Assembly (NCBI GenBank): GCA_964016885.1
Contig: OZ024740.1
Span: 338,520,001 to 338,584,000, forward strand
Direction: 5' to 3'
Origin: Eledone cirrhosa
Lineage: Eukaryota
Length of the DNA stretch: 64,000 bases
This document shows, piece by piece, positions 29,136 through 41,819 of this stretch. The stretch's first letter is position 1. Every line of letters starts with the position of its first letter. The notes beneath the pieces were generated by a model. The model saw only the letters and a list, made by a program, of their open reading frames with translations, did no database searches and was not told the origin of the DNA. A program made the position numbers and the translations under genes.

Positions 29136-29145
29136 TATATATATA

Positions 29146-31321
29146 TTAGAAAGTGAGGTTTTTTTTTACAAAATGAAAAATAACAGAGGTGTCCTACACA
29201 AGTGAAAGTATAAGGAAAAAAGATGGAGGGTCTGTGGTTTTTCTCACATCTGGTTAGTTTTTGAATGTTACTTGTTTTATATGGAAAAAAGTGGCAGGTT
29301 TTTAGAGAAGTAATTTGATTGGTTGGTGAATAAGTATAATAAATTTCGCGCCAGTTCGCGTTACATAGTTCTTAAAACAATGGGGGGGGGGGGTCTCAGC
29401 TTGTTTTTCCCTATATGAGTGAAGTTTGGTTAGTTGATGCAAACACGTGAATAAGCACATCAGCTTTCGCGCCAGTTTGTGTTTGAATTTCTTTTTACTT
29501 AAAAAAAAGTGGCTCACGAAGGCTTTTTTTTAAAATATGTAATTTGATTGGTTATAAATGAAATTATGAGTGTCACGTGAACAAGTACATTAAATTTTGC
29601 GCCCGTATTTTGGAATTTTTTTATAGCCATTTAGAGAATTTTATGCCAAACAGAAGATAATGGTCAAGAAAAAAGGGATGGAGAGAGTTGTTCTAAGTAT
29701 GACTAATGCGCTGAAATGTAATTTGATTGGTTATAAATGAAATTATGACTGTCACGTGAACAGGTTCCTTAAATTACGCGCCCGTATTTGGGAATTTATT
29801 TTGTAGCCTTTTAGAGAATTTTGTGCCAAACAAAAGATAATGGTCAAGAGAAATGGGATGGGGAGAATTGTTCTGGTTCAGTGAATATGGCTGGTTCACT
29901 GGGGTGTCAGAATTCAGACTTTCTATTGAAATAAAGAATATAGAGATATGTATGTTTATTTGTGTGCTTGCTTGCGCGCGTGTGTGCGTGTGTGTGTGTA
30001 GGAAGAGGATTCTATTAGTAGAAATGGGGGAGGGAGTTGTGTGTGTGTATGGGTGTTGTGTGTGTATGTGTGTGTGGGAGTATGGTTAGCAAGTTAGGAT
30101 GGAGAGAATATATTTTTTTTTGTGCGTGGGGGGGGGGGAGTATGGTTAGCATGCTAAGATGGAGAGAATATTTATATTTTGTGTGTGTGGGTGTGTAGGA
30201 AAATGATTCCGTTAATAGAATTGCGGGAGGGAGTTATGTGTGTGTGGGGTGTGTGGTTAGCATGTTAAGGTGTTAGAGTATTAACGTATGTTAAGGTTTA
30301 TTTAGTTCTGGTTTTTATTTTCTAAAGTAGGTGTTATGTGTGTGTGTGTGTATGTATGTGTCTGTTTGGATGGTTAGCATGTTATGGTGTTGACATAATG
30401 TATATTAAATTATATTTAATGCTGGTCTATATTTTTGAATAAGCATATTTTCCTTATTTATTCGTATTTGTTCTGTTGTATTGTCAGCGCAAAGATACAA
30501 TGGGAAGACTTGGAATTTGGGTGTCTTATTACTTGTGCATATGTCTAGATGTGCACTTAGTGGTATCTGTCTCGTGGTTGGATCTCGTAATTGTTGGCGA
30601 TGAACTGTCATTCTCTTTCTGAGTGTGAGTTTAGTTTGTCCTATATAATCTTCATTGCATTCTTTAGATTTAATGGCATGAAGTAGATTTTTTGATGAGC
30701 AAGTGAAGGGATTTTTTACAGCAAAATTTTGTCCTTATTGAAATCTATACGTGTTGCCTTCAATGAGGTGAGTGCAGGTTCCACAATTAGGGCGATCACA
30801 TTTTTTGACAGTTGGTTGTGGGTTTGTGGTAGGTAATTTGGCATTGGTGAGTAATGTTTTCAGTGATTTTGGTTGTATTTTGCTTTTGATTATTTTGTGT
30901 GTTTCAAGGGCTTTTTTCATTCCTGGGTCTTGTTTCAATAGTGGGATGTTCTTGTGAATAGTGCTGTAAGCTTCCACATTTCTTGGGTTGTGCGTTGAGA
31001 TATATGATATTGGACGTACCTTGAATTTGTTTCTGTTTTCGTAATTCATCAATGCCTATTGCTTTAGCCCTTTCTATTCCATTATTTATTAGTAATGGTG
31101 GGTACTGTCTTTCGAGTAGAATTTCTTTAATTCTTGAAGTCTATTATTTCGCGTTTATTTCCATATAAAACAAGACCAACCAGATGTGAGAAAAACCACA
31201 GACCCTCCATCTCAACACTACTTTTGAAAAGCAGAAGAACTGCGAAACCGGTAAAGAAACCAAATAAATATATATATTTAAAAAAAAAGACTGCAGTTGC
31301 ATTTTTGATTTCATCTTTTTT

Positions 31322-31325
<4 letters not shown>
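29146..31325 (-). mobile_element. 5'-truncated PLE (GIY-YIG region, 3' region and inverted pLTR segment)
   Basis: 30405-31135(-): CDRPNCGTC...FTCSSKNLLHAI...YIGQT...RMTVHRQQ...H...E...I....PALN with stops; 31160-31325 is an inverted homolog of 29205-29290. Confidence 0.85.
31221..31256 (+). ncRNA. Minimal HHR with U3-A8 core
   Basis: ctt TTGAAAA gcag(aagaa)ctgc GAAA ccgg TA aag. Confidence 0.65.
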
Positions 31326-31369
<44 letters not shown>

Positions 31370-31372
<3 letters not shown>

Positions 31373-32015
31373 TTTCGTTTCTGAATTTGTTTAGCAAGAT
31401 TCTTTATCTGAAATCGTGTGTTGAAACCGATATTGTTATACTTTGGGAGGGTCATGTTGCCAATAAGAAACACACGCACCAGTTGCTTTCACTTCAATTT
31501 ATCATATATTTATAAATTTATAAATTTACAAATCTACAAATTTATAAATTTCTGGTTGGTTGGTTGGTTCCACAACCAGATAGTTGTTTATATATAGTCA
31601 TAGTCCTTTCGTCACACACTCTGTGACCTCTTCAGTGACTGGGGATTCCTTTCTTTGTTTCTGTGCCTTTCCTTTCTTCTATCCTACGCCATTTTGTTTC
31701 TGTGTGTGTGTTGTGTGCTCAGTTTGCGCATGCGCCACATCCGTGTGTCTGTGTGTGTTTGTGTGTGTGTGTTCATTTATCTATTTGTTTATTTATTTAT
31801 TTATTTATTGTTGGTTGGTTGTTTGTTCTATGTGTGTGTGTGTTTTCATTTTGTCCTGTGTGTGTTTTCATTTTGTCCTTAATTGTAAGTTGTGATGTTG
31901 CTGTTCCACTCATAATTTGTCAATTTATAAATTTATAAATATATAATAAATTGAAGTGAAAGCAACTGGTGCGTGTGTTTCTTATTGGCAACATGACCCT
32001 CCCAAAGTATAACTA
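31370..32015 (-). mobile_element. PLE pLTR-like element with about 90-bp inverted terminal segment
   Basis: 31436-31525 is inverted at 31922-32013; tail motif shared with the 50227 PLE. Confidence 0.8.
31596..31640 (-). ncRNA. Minimal HHR
   Basis: rc: agtca CTGAAGA g gtcaca(gagtg)tgtgac GAAA ggac TA tgact. Confidence 0.8.
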
Positions 32016-32050
32016 TATATATATTAATAAAATAGATGTTCTTTTGATCA

Positions 32051-32113
32051 ATTACATTTTGTTATACATATTTCGGATGTACAACAGTACGTCCTCATCA
32101 GACAAAATATAAT
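32051..32113 (-). ncRNA. Minimal HHR (family shared with the 34015-34310 foldback)
   Basis: rc: attatattttgt CTGATGA ggacgtac(tgtt)gtacatcc GAAA tatgta TA acaaaatgtaat. Confidence 0.85.
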
Positions 32114-32223
32114 GATACATGATATACCCTGAGATGTTAAATAGTTAAGATTTAATCTAGGTAGTGATTAACCTAAGAGAAAATTTAACATTTATACCCT
32201 AATAATGAGAAAATGCGAAAACG

Positions 32224-32347
<124 letters not shown>

Positions 32348-33049
32348 GGGTATCCCCCAAAAATCTATACACATTTTGATTACCTGTACAGGCAATATTT
32401 CTAAGAATGGTGTATATTGGGGGACACCCAATATATATATATATATATTTAATACAATAACAGAGATAGCTTAAAGCTAAACTCTGACTGGTAACCATCT
32501 CACTAAACAAACATTAGATTATATGTTAGTATAAACCCAATTTAAGTGTTTGGGGTACTAACTATATGTATTATGTGGAAAGCCAGTTGTATTATTTTAT
32601 GAGATATAATTAAAGTTACATTATATCTCTCTTTCCAAACAATTGTTTCAGTATAAGTTTTCTACAAATTAGGGGAATGTTTCCAGTTTATGTAGAAGCC
32701 TAACATATATTCATGTAAGAATATATTTAGGTGGGCGTTTATAAATCATCAGTGGAAGCCCATTAAACTTTGATATAAGAAAAAATTCTTACCGCAGTTA
32801 AAAATCGTGTCTGCTAAGCTGCTCCCTCACGCATCGAATGACCGCCAAATTTGAAATTCCAGCAGTTTTTGACCGAGGAAGTATTATAGCGTCACGAAGC
32901 GGGAAGGGGAGACAACCAATACACGAGAAAAGAAAAAATAATATTCACGCGGGTTGTATATATATATATATATTTATAAAACCATATTTATTTTATTATA
33001 CATATCTCAAGGGCAACCAAGGCAAATTATGGTGCGCTTATGTAACCTC

Positions 33050-33132
<83 letters not shown>

Positions 33133-33142
33133 GAGTAACCTC

Positions 33143-33186
<44 letters not shown>

Positions 33187-33218
33187 GACACACACACTTT
33201 GTTCCCGTTCAATTTTTC

Positions 33219-33257
<39 letters not shown>

Positions 33258-33263
<6 letters not shown>

Positions 33264-33966
33264 ATAAATTAACGGAGCCATAGACTCTCGCCATTCCCTG
33301 TTATTAATGTGCCCAAAGGAGCATATATGTCTACTTTGCCTTCCGTGGGCTATAGATTCCATACACTGGTGGTTTTTCCCAGTTTGACTGATGTCGCACC
33401 ATCTCTCTCTCTGGTGTGTTATCTTCTCTATATATTGTATTATAAATGGCTCGGTATTCCTTCTCCTCTGGGCACATTAATGACAGGGAATGGCGAGAGT
33501 CTATGACTCCGTTAATTTATCGTGATATTTCGCTCCTTATAATAGTATATTCTCTCCCTCTGTTTGGTTGAGCACATTTCTCTGAGTGGTTTGGGCTGCC
33601 CTTTCTAGCAGCTCATCCACTGGTTGTTGCCCTAGAAACGCTGTGAATTTTCTCTACCACGTGTGGCTGGACGGTCCCTTTAGATTCTCTTAGTGTTGTC
33701 TGAAATGTATAGCCTTACACACGCTGATGAACCATGGGTTAATCATTTCTCTCAACAACTTATTTGGTGAAACAGATCCTGTTGGATTTGTACGTGTGTG
33801 TTAGATAGTTATCAACGTACATATTTGCACTTTGATTTATACTTTTAATTATTGTGTGTCTACTTTGCCTTCCATGGGCTACAGATTCCATACACTGGTG
33901 GTTTTTCCCTGTTTGACTGATGGCGCACCATCTCTCTCTCTGGTGTGTTATCATCTCTACATATTG

Positions 33967-33973
<7 letters not shown>
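33258..33973 (+). mobile_element. Retrozyme-like element, about 530-nt unit with 115-bp terminal redundancy and about 62-bp inverted 5' segment
   Basis: 33328-33443 repeats at 33857-33973; 33258-33321 is the inverse of 33463-33527; (TA)n on both sides. Confidence 0.85.
33716..33800 (+). ncRNA. Full type I HHR with stable stem III
   Basis: tacacacg CTGATGA acca..tggt GAAA cagatcc(tgtt)ggatttg TA cgtgtgtg. Confidence 0.9.
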
Positions 33974-34014
<41 letters not shown>

Positions 34015-34019
<5 letters not shown>

Positions 34020-34310
34020 TATTAATAAAATAGATCTTCTTTTGATCAATTACATTTTATTATACATATTTCGGATGTACAACAGTACGTCCTCATCAGA
34101 CAAAATATAATGATACATGACATACCCTGAGATGTTAAATGGTTAAGATTTAATCAATGACTACCTTGATTAAATCTTAACCATTTAACATCTCAGGGTA
34201 TGTCATGTATCATTATATTTTGTCTGATGAGGACGTACTGTTGTACATCCGAAATATGTATAATAAAATGTAATTGATCAAAAGAACATCTATTTTATTA
34301 ATACTTATAT
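34015..34310. mobile_element. Near-perfect foldback (about 143-bp arms) with HHRs at 34049-34111(-) and 34212-34274(+)
   Basis: Arms meet at about 34158-34167; HHR fold as at 32051. Confidence 0.88.
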
Positions 34311-34417
34311 TAATAACTCCTGAAAATTATTTTTTCGTTGAGTGCTTCCAATATGCTGTAAAAAATCATTCTTTGACATAATCATTGAATATTGTTTAAC
34401 AATTTAATACTTATATA

Positions 34418-34616
34418 TAAAAACCACAGACCCTCCATCTCAACTCACCTTTTGAAAAGCAGAAGAACTGCGAAACCGGTAAAGGAACCAAATAAATATA
34501 TATATTTTTTTAAAAAATAAGACTTCAGTTGCATTTTCGATTTCATCTCTTTTTCTTTATACTTTCACTCGTGTAGGACATCTCGGTTATTTTTCATTTT
34601 GTAAAAAAAACCTCAC

Positions 34617-34622
<6 letters not shown>
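34418..34622 (+). mobile_element. pLTR fragment of the 29146 PLE family, with U3-A8 HHR at 34448-34485
   Basis: cctt TTGAAAA gcag(aagaa)ctgc GAAA ccgg TA aagg. Confidence 0.78.
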
Positions 34623-34696
<74 letters not shown>

Positions 34697-34960
34697 TCGT
34701 TTCAGTATCACATTCTAATAAATGGAACGTGTCTTTGTGTTTCTGCACTTTTTTTATCCTTGTAAACCAGAGGTTCTCAAAGTGGGCGCTACTCTCCGGT
34801 TAGCGTTGAAAAGGTCTAGTGGCGCTGGGGCTTAAGGGGTGTTGTCGGGGGTGGTAGAGATGATACGATAGTATATTAAATATCAAAGGATACATATATA
34901 TAAATATAGTAAATTAAAATATATATATTTAATTATACATAGTATATATTATTTATTGTG

Positions 34961-35325
34961 GATTGGCAGTATGGGTAGAAGGTCGGACGCCATGCATAGA
35001 GTTACGGCCCTTTACGGTCTGAGTTCAAATCCCGCCGAGGTTAACTTTGGCTTTTATCCTTACGGGGTAGATTAAATATAGTACCAGTAATGTACTAGGG
35101 TAATTGCTGGCCTTGTGCCAAAAGTAGAAACAATTATATATAAATTAATTGTTTCTACTTTAGGCACAAGGCCAGCAAATACCCAGTACATTACTGGTAC
35201 TTTATTTTATCGACCCCGTAAGGATGAAAGGCAAAGTTAACCTCGGCGGGATTTGAACTCAGACTGTAAAGGGATGTAACTATGCTAAAAAGCATGGCGT
35301 CCAACCCTCTACCGATACTGCCAAT
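34961..35325. mobile_element. Tail-to-tail pair of family A SINEs, possibly inside a degenerate hAT-like MITE (about 34768-35432)
   Basis: 34961-35135(+) and 35147-35325(-); MITE ends cagaggttctcaaa / tttgagaa. Confidence 0.75.
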
Positions 35326-35699
35326 TTTATTTATTATATATTGTTTACAATTTATATGTAGGCAGGTCACTCTGGAAATAGGGGTGGAGGGCCCTGAGTG
35401 AGGCGGAGGCCCAAAACGTTTGAGAATATGTAGTGTAATCACTTATTAGTTATCATCATACTAACATCCCTACGTCGTGCAGTCAATTTTTATAAAGCCA
35501 TATAGTAATTGTTACTTCCAGAGGTGTTAGATTCAAATTAACTACTTACAAATACAAACTTAATATTTAAATGAAAAGCTAATTGAATAATATCAGTAGA
35601 CGAATCTCCAGCCTCTCAGCAAATAAATAAATCTTCGATATAGTGAACATCATTTATAATCGTTTTAAGGTCTTATATATATACATGCTTAAAATACTT

Positions 35700-36212
35700 A
35701 TTTCTACTTTAAGCACAAGGAAATTTGAAATGGAGGGGAAAGTCGATTAAATCGATTCGAATGCATTACTGGTGCTTCATGTTATCGACCCCATAAGGAT
35801 GAAAGGCAAAGCTAACCGCGGCAGGATTCGAACTCAGAACGTAAAGGGCTATAACTCTATGCCGCTAATCCTGTTACCCGATGCTCTGCCGAATCTGCTA
35901 ATCCACCGCCCTAAAGCACATATGTATTACAATATTAGAATTAATGGATTCAAAGAAAAGAGCGCAGATATCCCCCACCAAACTATATCTAATATTGGTT
36001 TCTGATTCAGGCACAAGGCCAACAATTTTATGGAAGGGGAAAGTCGATTAAATCGACTCAGTGCATTACTGGTACTTTATTTTAATGACATCGTAAGGAT
36101 GAAAACAAAGCTAACCTCGGCGGGATTTGAAATCAGAACGAAAGGGGATGTGAACTTTTTGCCATAAAGCATGCTGTCCGACGCTCCAACCGATACTGCC
36201 AATCCGCCGCCT
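35700..36212 (-). mobile_element. Two family A SINE copies
   Basis: 35700-35910 and 35995-36212 both carry the diagnostic motif. Confidence 0.75.
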
Positions 36213-36354
36213 TTCTTGCACCTAATATATAGGCGCTGAGCTGGCCAGCCGCAGGTCTGAACCCCGCGAGTTGGAGTGGCTTTTCCAGCGTGTCTCCCCT
36301 GCCGTCCTCCGGGGAAACGCCTTCTCCATCCTGTCCGCCGGGGCTGTGCGGGTG

Positions 36355-36800
36355 TGTGCACTATCATATACATGTTTAACAGAATTTTGTTTGATGCTTC
36401 TAGTTATTTTCATAGGACTTGATATGAAGAAGAGACATCATAACATCATCTGGTTCACACCTTTTTCTTTCAATGTTAAGCCAAATATTTCTAAAAGCCT
36501 CCTAGTTTTAATAGAGCATGTGGGGGCCTCATCGCGTAACATTCCATATTTAAGTATGTGCACTATCATATACATGTTTAACAGAATTTTGTTTGGTGCT
36601 TCTAGTCATTGTCGTAGGACTTGATATGAAGAAGAGACATCACAACATCATATGGTTCACACCTTTTTCTTTCAATGTTAAGACAAATATTGCTAAAAGC
36701 CTCCTAGTTTTAATAGAGCAGCAATTCTCAATCAACCACCATTACAGGAAATTATTTAATAGAAGCAGTTTTAAAATGAGTTAAAGCTGTTTTCTGAAAA
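36355..36800 (+). pseudogene. Decayed PLE linker fragment, tandemly duplicated (about 165 bp)
   Basis: KRHHNIIWFTPFSFNVKTNIAKSLLVLIEQQFSINHHYRKLFNRSSFKMS matches the 'NIIWFNPP...NVKTNIG' PLE pattern. Confidence 0.7.
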
Positions 36801-37370
36801 TTAAAATCTTACAACTTATAAGCCAATTAAATTAACTAAGGCTAATTTCACATGTAGACACAAATGCCTGGCCTCTTAAATCCCAAGAGGTTTCATTTTT
36901 CTTATCAACGCAGACGTCACATGATATCAATGTATGATACGAGCTTGCCATTCAGAGATGTCTGTTACCCCACCCTACGTAGTAACATCTTTGTTATTGT
37001 CAATGTTGTTAAATATGTAATGCAAATAAATATGACGTGATTCAAAGTTATTCTTTACTAGAATAATCTCAACATGTATTTAAAAAAATACTTTTATCAT
37101 ACAATGAAAATGAAAATAGATTTTTTTGTAGGATATGAAAGACTACAATATATTGAAAAAAAAACGATGATATTGTATATTATACGAATAAATATGTAAA
37201 TATATAACTATAGCTATAGACACACATACACATACATAAACACATACGGATGCATAGATACACAAATATATTTATTTATAAACACCACACAACCACACAC
37301 ACACACACACATATATATATTTACATACAGTGTACTATTGTAAGTGTAAGTAATGATGATGAAATATATA

Positions 37371-37416
<46 letters not shown>

Positions 37417-37581
37417 GGGGGGGGGGGTACAATATTTAAACGATATACAAAAAAAATCTTTCTCATATATCAAGTTCAGAAACTACTAGTATTATGTACA
37501 TATACATAGAACAACAAGCAATAAATGTAATATATATATATATGTTATATATATATATATATATATATATATGTTTATATA

Positions 37582-37863
37582 GTTATACTTGGGGACGGTG
37601 ATATTGTTGTAATTATATTGCCAGAAATAATAACAGAACACACTCACTGTTTGGTTGCTTTTCGCGTCTGTATCTTTTATATCTCCATAGTTAATTTATT
37701 TGGCAATCAGTGTTTATCATTGATTGACCAACGGTTAAAAATACAAATATAAATATATATATATAGTCTATCAAAGTTCTTTCGTTGCACATCTGCAACA
37801 TCATCAGTGGTACTATTATCATGTTGCCTCTTATTGTATTGTAATGTTTACGCCATTTTTATT

Positions 37864-37894
<31 letters not shown>

Positions 37895-38522
37895 TTTTTG
37901 TCTCCGTCTCTGCGCATGAGTTTGCGTGTGTGTATAATGTTTGGTGTGTGTGTTCGCCTTTGAATGTATGTGTTTTGGTTTTTGTATTATATCTTTGTTT
38001 ACTAGTGTGTGTTTATATGTGTTTGCTGTTATTGTACTTGTGTATTTATTTATTTATTTATTTATTTATATTTCCCTTAAGTCAGTATTGTTTGTTTTGG
38101 GTATGGTTGTTGTTGTTATTCGATTCGTTTTTTCTTTTTAACTTTGGTTTTCTAAGCTCTATTTCACTTGCTTCTCTGATTTGCCTACTTGTTGGGTCAT
38201 TTCTATGTTTAGATATTATTTTAATTTCTATGCTGTCTATATTACCGTCGTGTTGTTGTCTGGCATGTTCGTATAGTAGTGAACCGTTTTTTTTTCATCC
38301 TTTTAATTCACCCAGTGGTGGTCTATTCTTTCTCATATGCTTCGAACTGCCAACAACTTCTAAGCGTCTAACAATGACATACCACCCTTGCATGGGCACT
38401 GCAAAGACCATAAAACAACCGAAGACCCGACGACAGGACATCCAACAAGACCTGTATGCGGAGCCAATTTTGCTAGCAACTACAGGATCACCTACTTTCT
38501 CTCGATGGTTATACGCCCCATA
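37582..38522 (-). mobile_element. Truncated copy of the 50227 PLE family with an inverted RT piece
   Basis: 38090-38330 is similar to 50790-51015 (EN C-terminus); 38388-38520(+) GHCKDHK...PTRPVCGA...RITYFLSMVIRP is an N-terminal PLE RT motif; HHR core at about 37763-37816(-). Confidence 0.85.
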
Positions 38523-38573
<51 letters not shown>

Positions 38574-38616
38574 TAGCGAGGTTTTTTATATGAAATCGTG
38601 TGTCGAAACAGATATT

Positions 38617-40535
38617 GGGTTTGTGTGCGATTACATGCATATGCATCATCACCATTTAACGTCTATTTTACATGTTTTCATGGGTTGAAAGTGCTGTCAT
38701 GTTGTAGGGCTAGACAATGTAGATGACCACACCCTGCTCATACATTCCATTTTGGCAAGTTTTCTACGGCGAGATGCCCTTCTTAACGTCAACCACTTCA
38801 GCATTTACGGAGTTCGATTTATCCTGGCCTCAGCACTACCACTTATCGACACTAGGGCACTTGTGCCATCCATGGCCAGACTGGGAAGTCATTGATGGGC
38901 GTAAGGAAGGTACCTGCTGCTTGCCAACGGAAATGAGTAAGAGGGAGGTGACCTGACCTGCATAGAAGAGAGGATGAGAGGGAGAGGTGGGCATAAAGAG
39001 TATGAGCGAAGTGACATCTTTAACCAGGCTAGGAAAGCAGGATGACAGTGAGGTTATATATATATATATGTGTGTTTCTCCGTCAGGATGACAAGAAGGT
39101 TGTATGATGCCAGTGTGAGAATTGCAATTCTACATGGAAAGAAATAAGGCGAGCATGCTTTAATCCATGTGTAATTTTAGTATACATGAAAGACAAAGAT
39201 CACTGAACTAAAAGAAAAGCTGAACATAAGAGGGGTTAGATGCAGTAAATAAGAGAGAATGCTGCCCTGGAATGAAGGATTACTGCTGCATAAGATAGTG
39301 TACCGCACTCAAAGGTGATGGAAGAGGGAGAGCCACGAAAACTTGGGATGATGTGTATCAAGACTGACGTCATGCAGCTGCACCTATCAATGGAGTTGTC
39401 ACAGGACTGAGTCGAATGGCAATATGTATTACTACAAAAGACTTACTTTACGACATGAGAGAGACGATATGCAAGCAGAAAGGTGTAATGACTTTTGTTG
39501 TATTTTTCATGTCCCATTCTCATCTCTCACTTTTTATTCCTCCACCCCCACCAAGACTTCCCTCTTATTCACATCCCCGATTCTTCTCCCCCACCCCACC
39601 CCATGCCAATATGGAAAGGCAGATGTACCTCCTGCAGGGTATTGATAGAGGTCGCCCGCTCAATCCTTCATTTCAAGACTACACTCATGATCTACCACTT
39701 ACTCCTTTTACTCATATCCCTGATTCTCCCTTCCTTGGCCAATCTTGCAAGAAAGAAAAGAAGGACACCCCCTCATCAATGAACCTCCAGGCATCACTCT
39801 CTTTAAGGCTACGTCTTTCTCATTCCCACCATCAGAAAGCAACATGTAGCTATTCACACACACAGTCATCTCTCCACCTTCATCAATGCTCTCCCAGTTC
39901 AGCTACGGATGTCACAATGTCACTAAGCCTCTTTAAGGCTCTCTCTCTCTCACACCGCTCCCTAGGCAGGCCAAGTCTCTCTTTCTCTCTCACTCTCTCC
40001 ACCTCTCTCGCATTCTCACTCTCTCTTTCCCCCTCTCTCTCCCCTCCCCCTCTCCCTTACGTCATCCCTTGGCAAGGAGCATATATCTTCTATCCCACCT
40101 CACTGTCATCCTGCTTTCCTAGCCTGGTTAAAGATGTCACTTCGCTCATACTCTTTATGCCCACCTCTCCCTCTCATTCTCTCTTCTATGCAGGTCAGGT
40201 CACCTCCCTCTTACTCATTTCCGTTGGCAAGCAGCAGGTGCCTTCCTTACGCCCATCAATGACTTCCCAGTCTGGGCATGGATGGCACAAGTGCCCTAGT
40301 GTCGATAAGTGGTAGTGCTGAGGCCAGGATAAATCGAACTCCGTAAATGCTGAAGTCGTTGACGTTAAGAAGGGCCTCCCGCCGTAGAAACCTTGCCAAA
40401 ATGGAATGTATGAGCAGGGTGTTGTCATCTACTTTGTCTAGCCCTACAACATGACACCACTTTCAACCCATGAAAACATGGAAAATAGACGTTAAATGGT
40501 GATGATGCATATGCATGTAAACCCACACAAACCCA
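38617..40535. repeat. About 435-bp inverted duplication (38617-39053 / 40097-40535) around an RTE 3' remnant (about 39070-39470)
   Basis: Mirror ORFs 38723-38956(+) and 40195-40428(-) are near-identical. Confidence 0.85.
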
Positions 40536-40548
40536 TTTATTGTGTGTC

Positions 40549-40615
<67 letters not shown>

Positions 40616-40619
<4 letters not shown>

Positions 40620-41354
40620 AACATGGGGAGAAGAATACTGCATGGTTGCACATGGATTACATATTATAAAATTAGTCCCTCATCAGTGATTTGCCAACGA
40701 TCATTGGTATTTCATCGCATTAAAAATCATATACCTCAGGTTAGTGCGAGCAATAACTAAAATAAGCTATCGGGACAAGTGAAACGCGTAAAGCGAGTGA
40801 GACAAGTAAACAACATAGGAGGAAAAGCTCACCGAAGATGGGAAGAAAAACAAGCAACATGGTTATTCGATCAGCATAAGCTGGGTGAATTTCATGAGCG
40901 CTCAGCAAACAGACCTTTCGCTGTGAAGGGGATGTGAGAAAGAAAGAATCCCTCTCCTAGCGAACGGGAGGAAGTGAGAAGGGGAGAAACAGAGAGTGAG
41001 TGAGTGGAAGTGCGAGGAGGAGGTCAGTCGAGAGAAAGTGTTAACTGACAGAGAGGACGAAAGAAGGTAAGAGAAACAGAGAGAACAGGGGAGCAGTAAG
41101 AGAGAAAGAGAGAAACAGATAATCGCAGTTTAGGTAAATATATGAAAAACATGGGGAGAAGAATACTGCATGGTTGCACATGGATTACATATAAAATTAG
41201 TCCCTCATCAGTGATTTGCCAACGATCATTGGTATTTCATCACATTAAAAATCATATACCTCAGGTTGGTGCGAGCAATAACTAAAATAAGCTATTGGGA
41301 CAAGTGAAACGCGTAAAGCGAGTGAGACAAGTAAACAACATAGGAGGAAAAGCT
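40616..41354. mobile_element. Non-coding element, 528-nt unit with about 210-bp terminal direct repeat, (TA)n at left
   Basis: gaaaaacatgggg at 40616 and 41144; CTGATGA on - strand but no clean GAAA partner. Confidence 0.75.
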
Positions 41355-41418
41355 AAAATCTGTGTGTGTGTGTTTGTATATTTATATATACATACATACG
41401 TATATACATATACATATC

Positions 41419-41486
<68 letters not shown>

Positions 41487-41774
41487 CAAATAACGAAACG
41501 AAATTAAATTTCGTTTCGTTTGTAACTCACTTTTGTATGACTGACGCTTAAACAATTAAGTTAAAAATGTACATCCACATATGTATACTGAAATACTAGT
41601 ATGCATATGAATACACACACGTATACATATGTAGATGTACCAAATTTTTCACTGGTCACTTTACTGTGAGTGTCCAGCTATTATGTATGTAAACACACAG
41701 ACAAACCGATTTTTAGAGTCATACTGGTTCTTGAGGAAACACCTTTCCTCTATTCTCCAGAAAGCCAGACAAGG

Positions 41775-41819
41775 AATATTGAACTAGTTTCGTTGTTGTT
41801 ACAACTCATCAGCAGTATT
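41775..41819 (-). ncRNA. Minimal HHR (monomer 1)
   Basis: rc: aatactg CTGATGA gttgt(aaca)acaac GAAA ctag TT caatatt. Confidence 0.85.

Noticed and set aside
37807-38523. 238-aa hydrophobic ORF
   Set aside because: Antisense read-through of a PLE 3' region joined to an out-of-frame RT inversion
39416-40315. 299-aa ORF
   Set aside because: Spans an RTE tail, CT-rich low-complexity DNA and an inverted-repeat arm; no domain recognised
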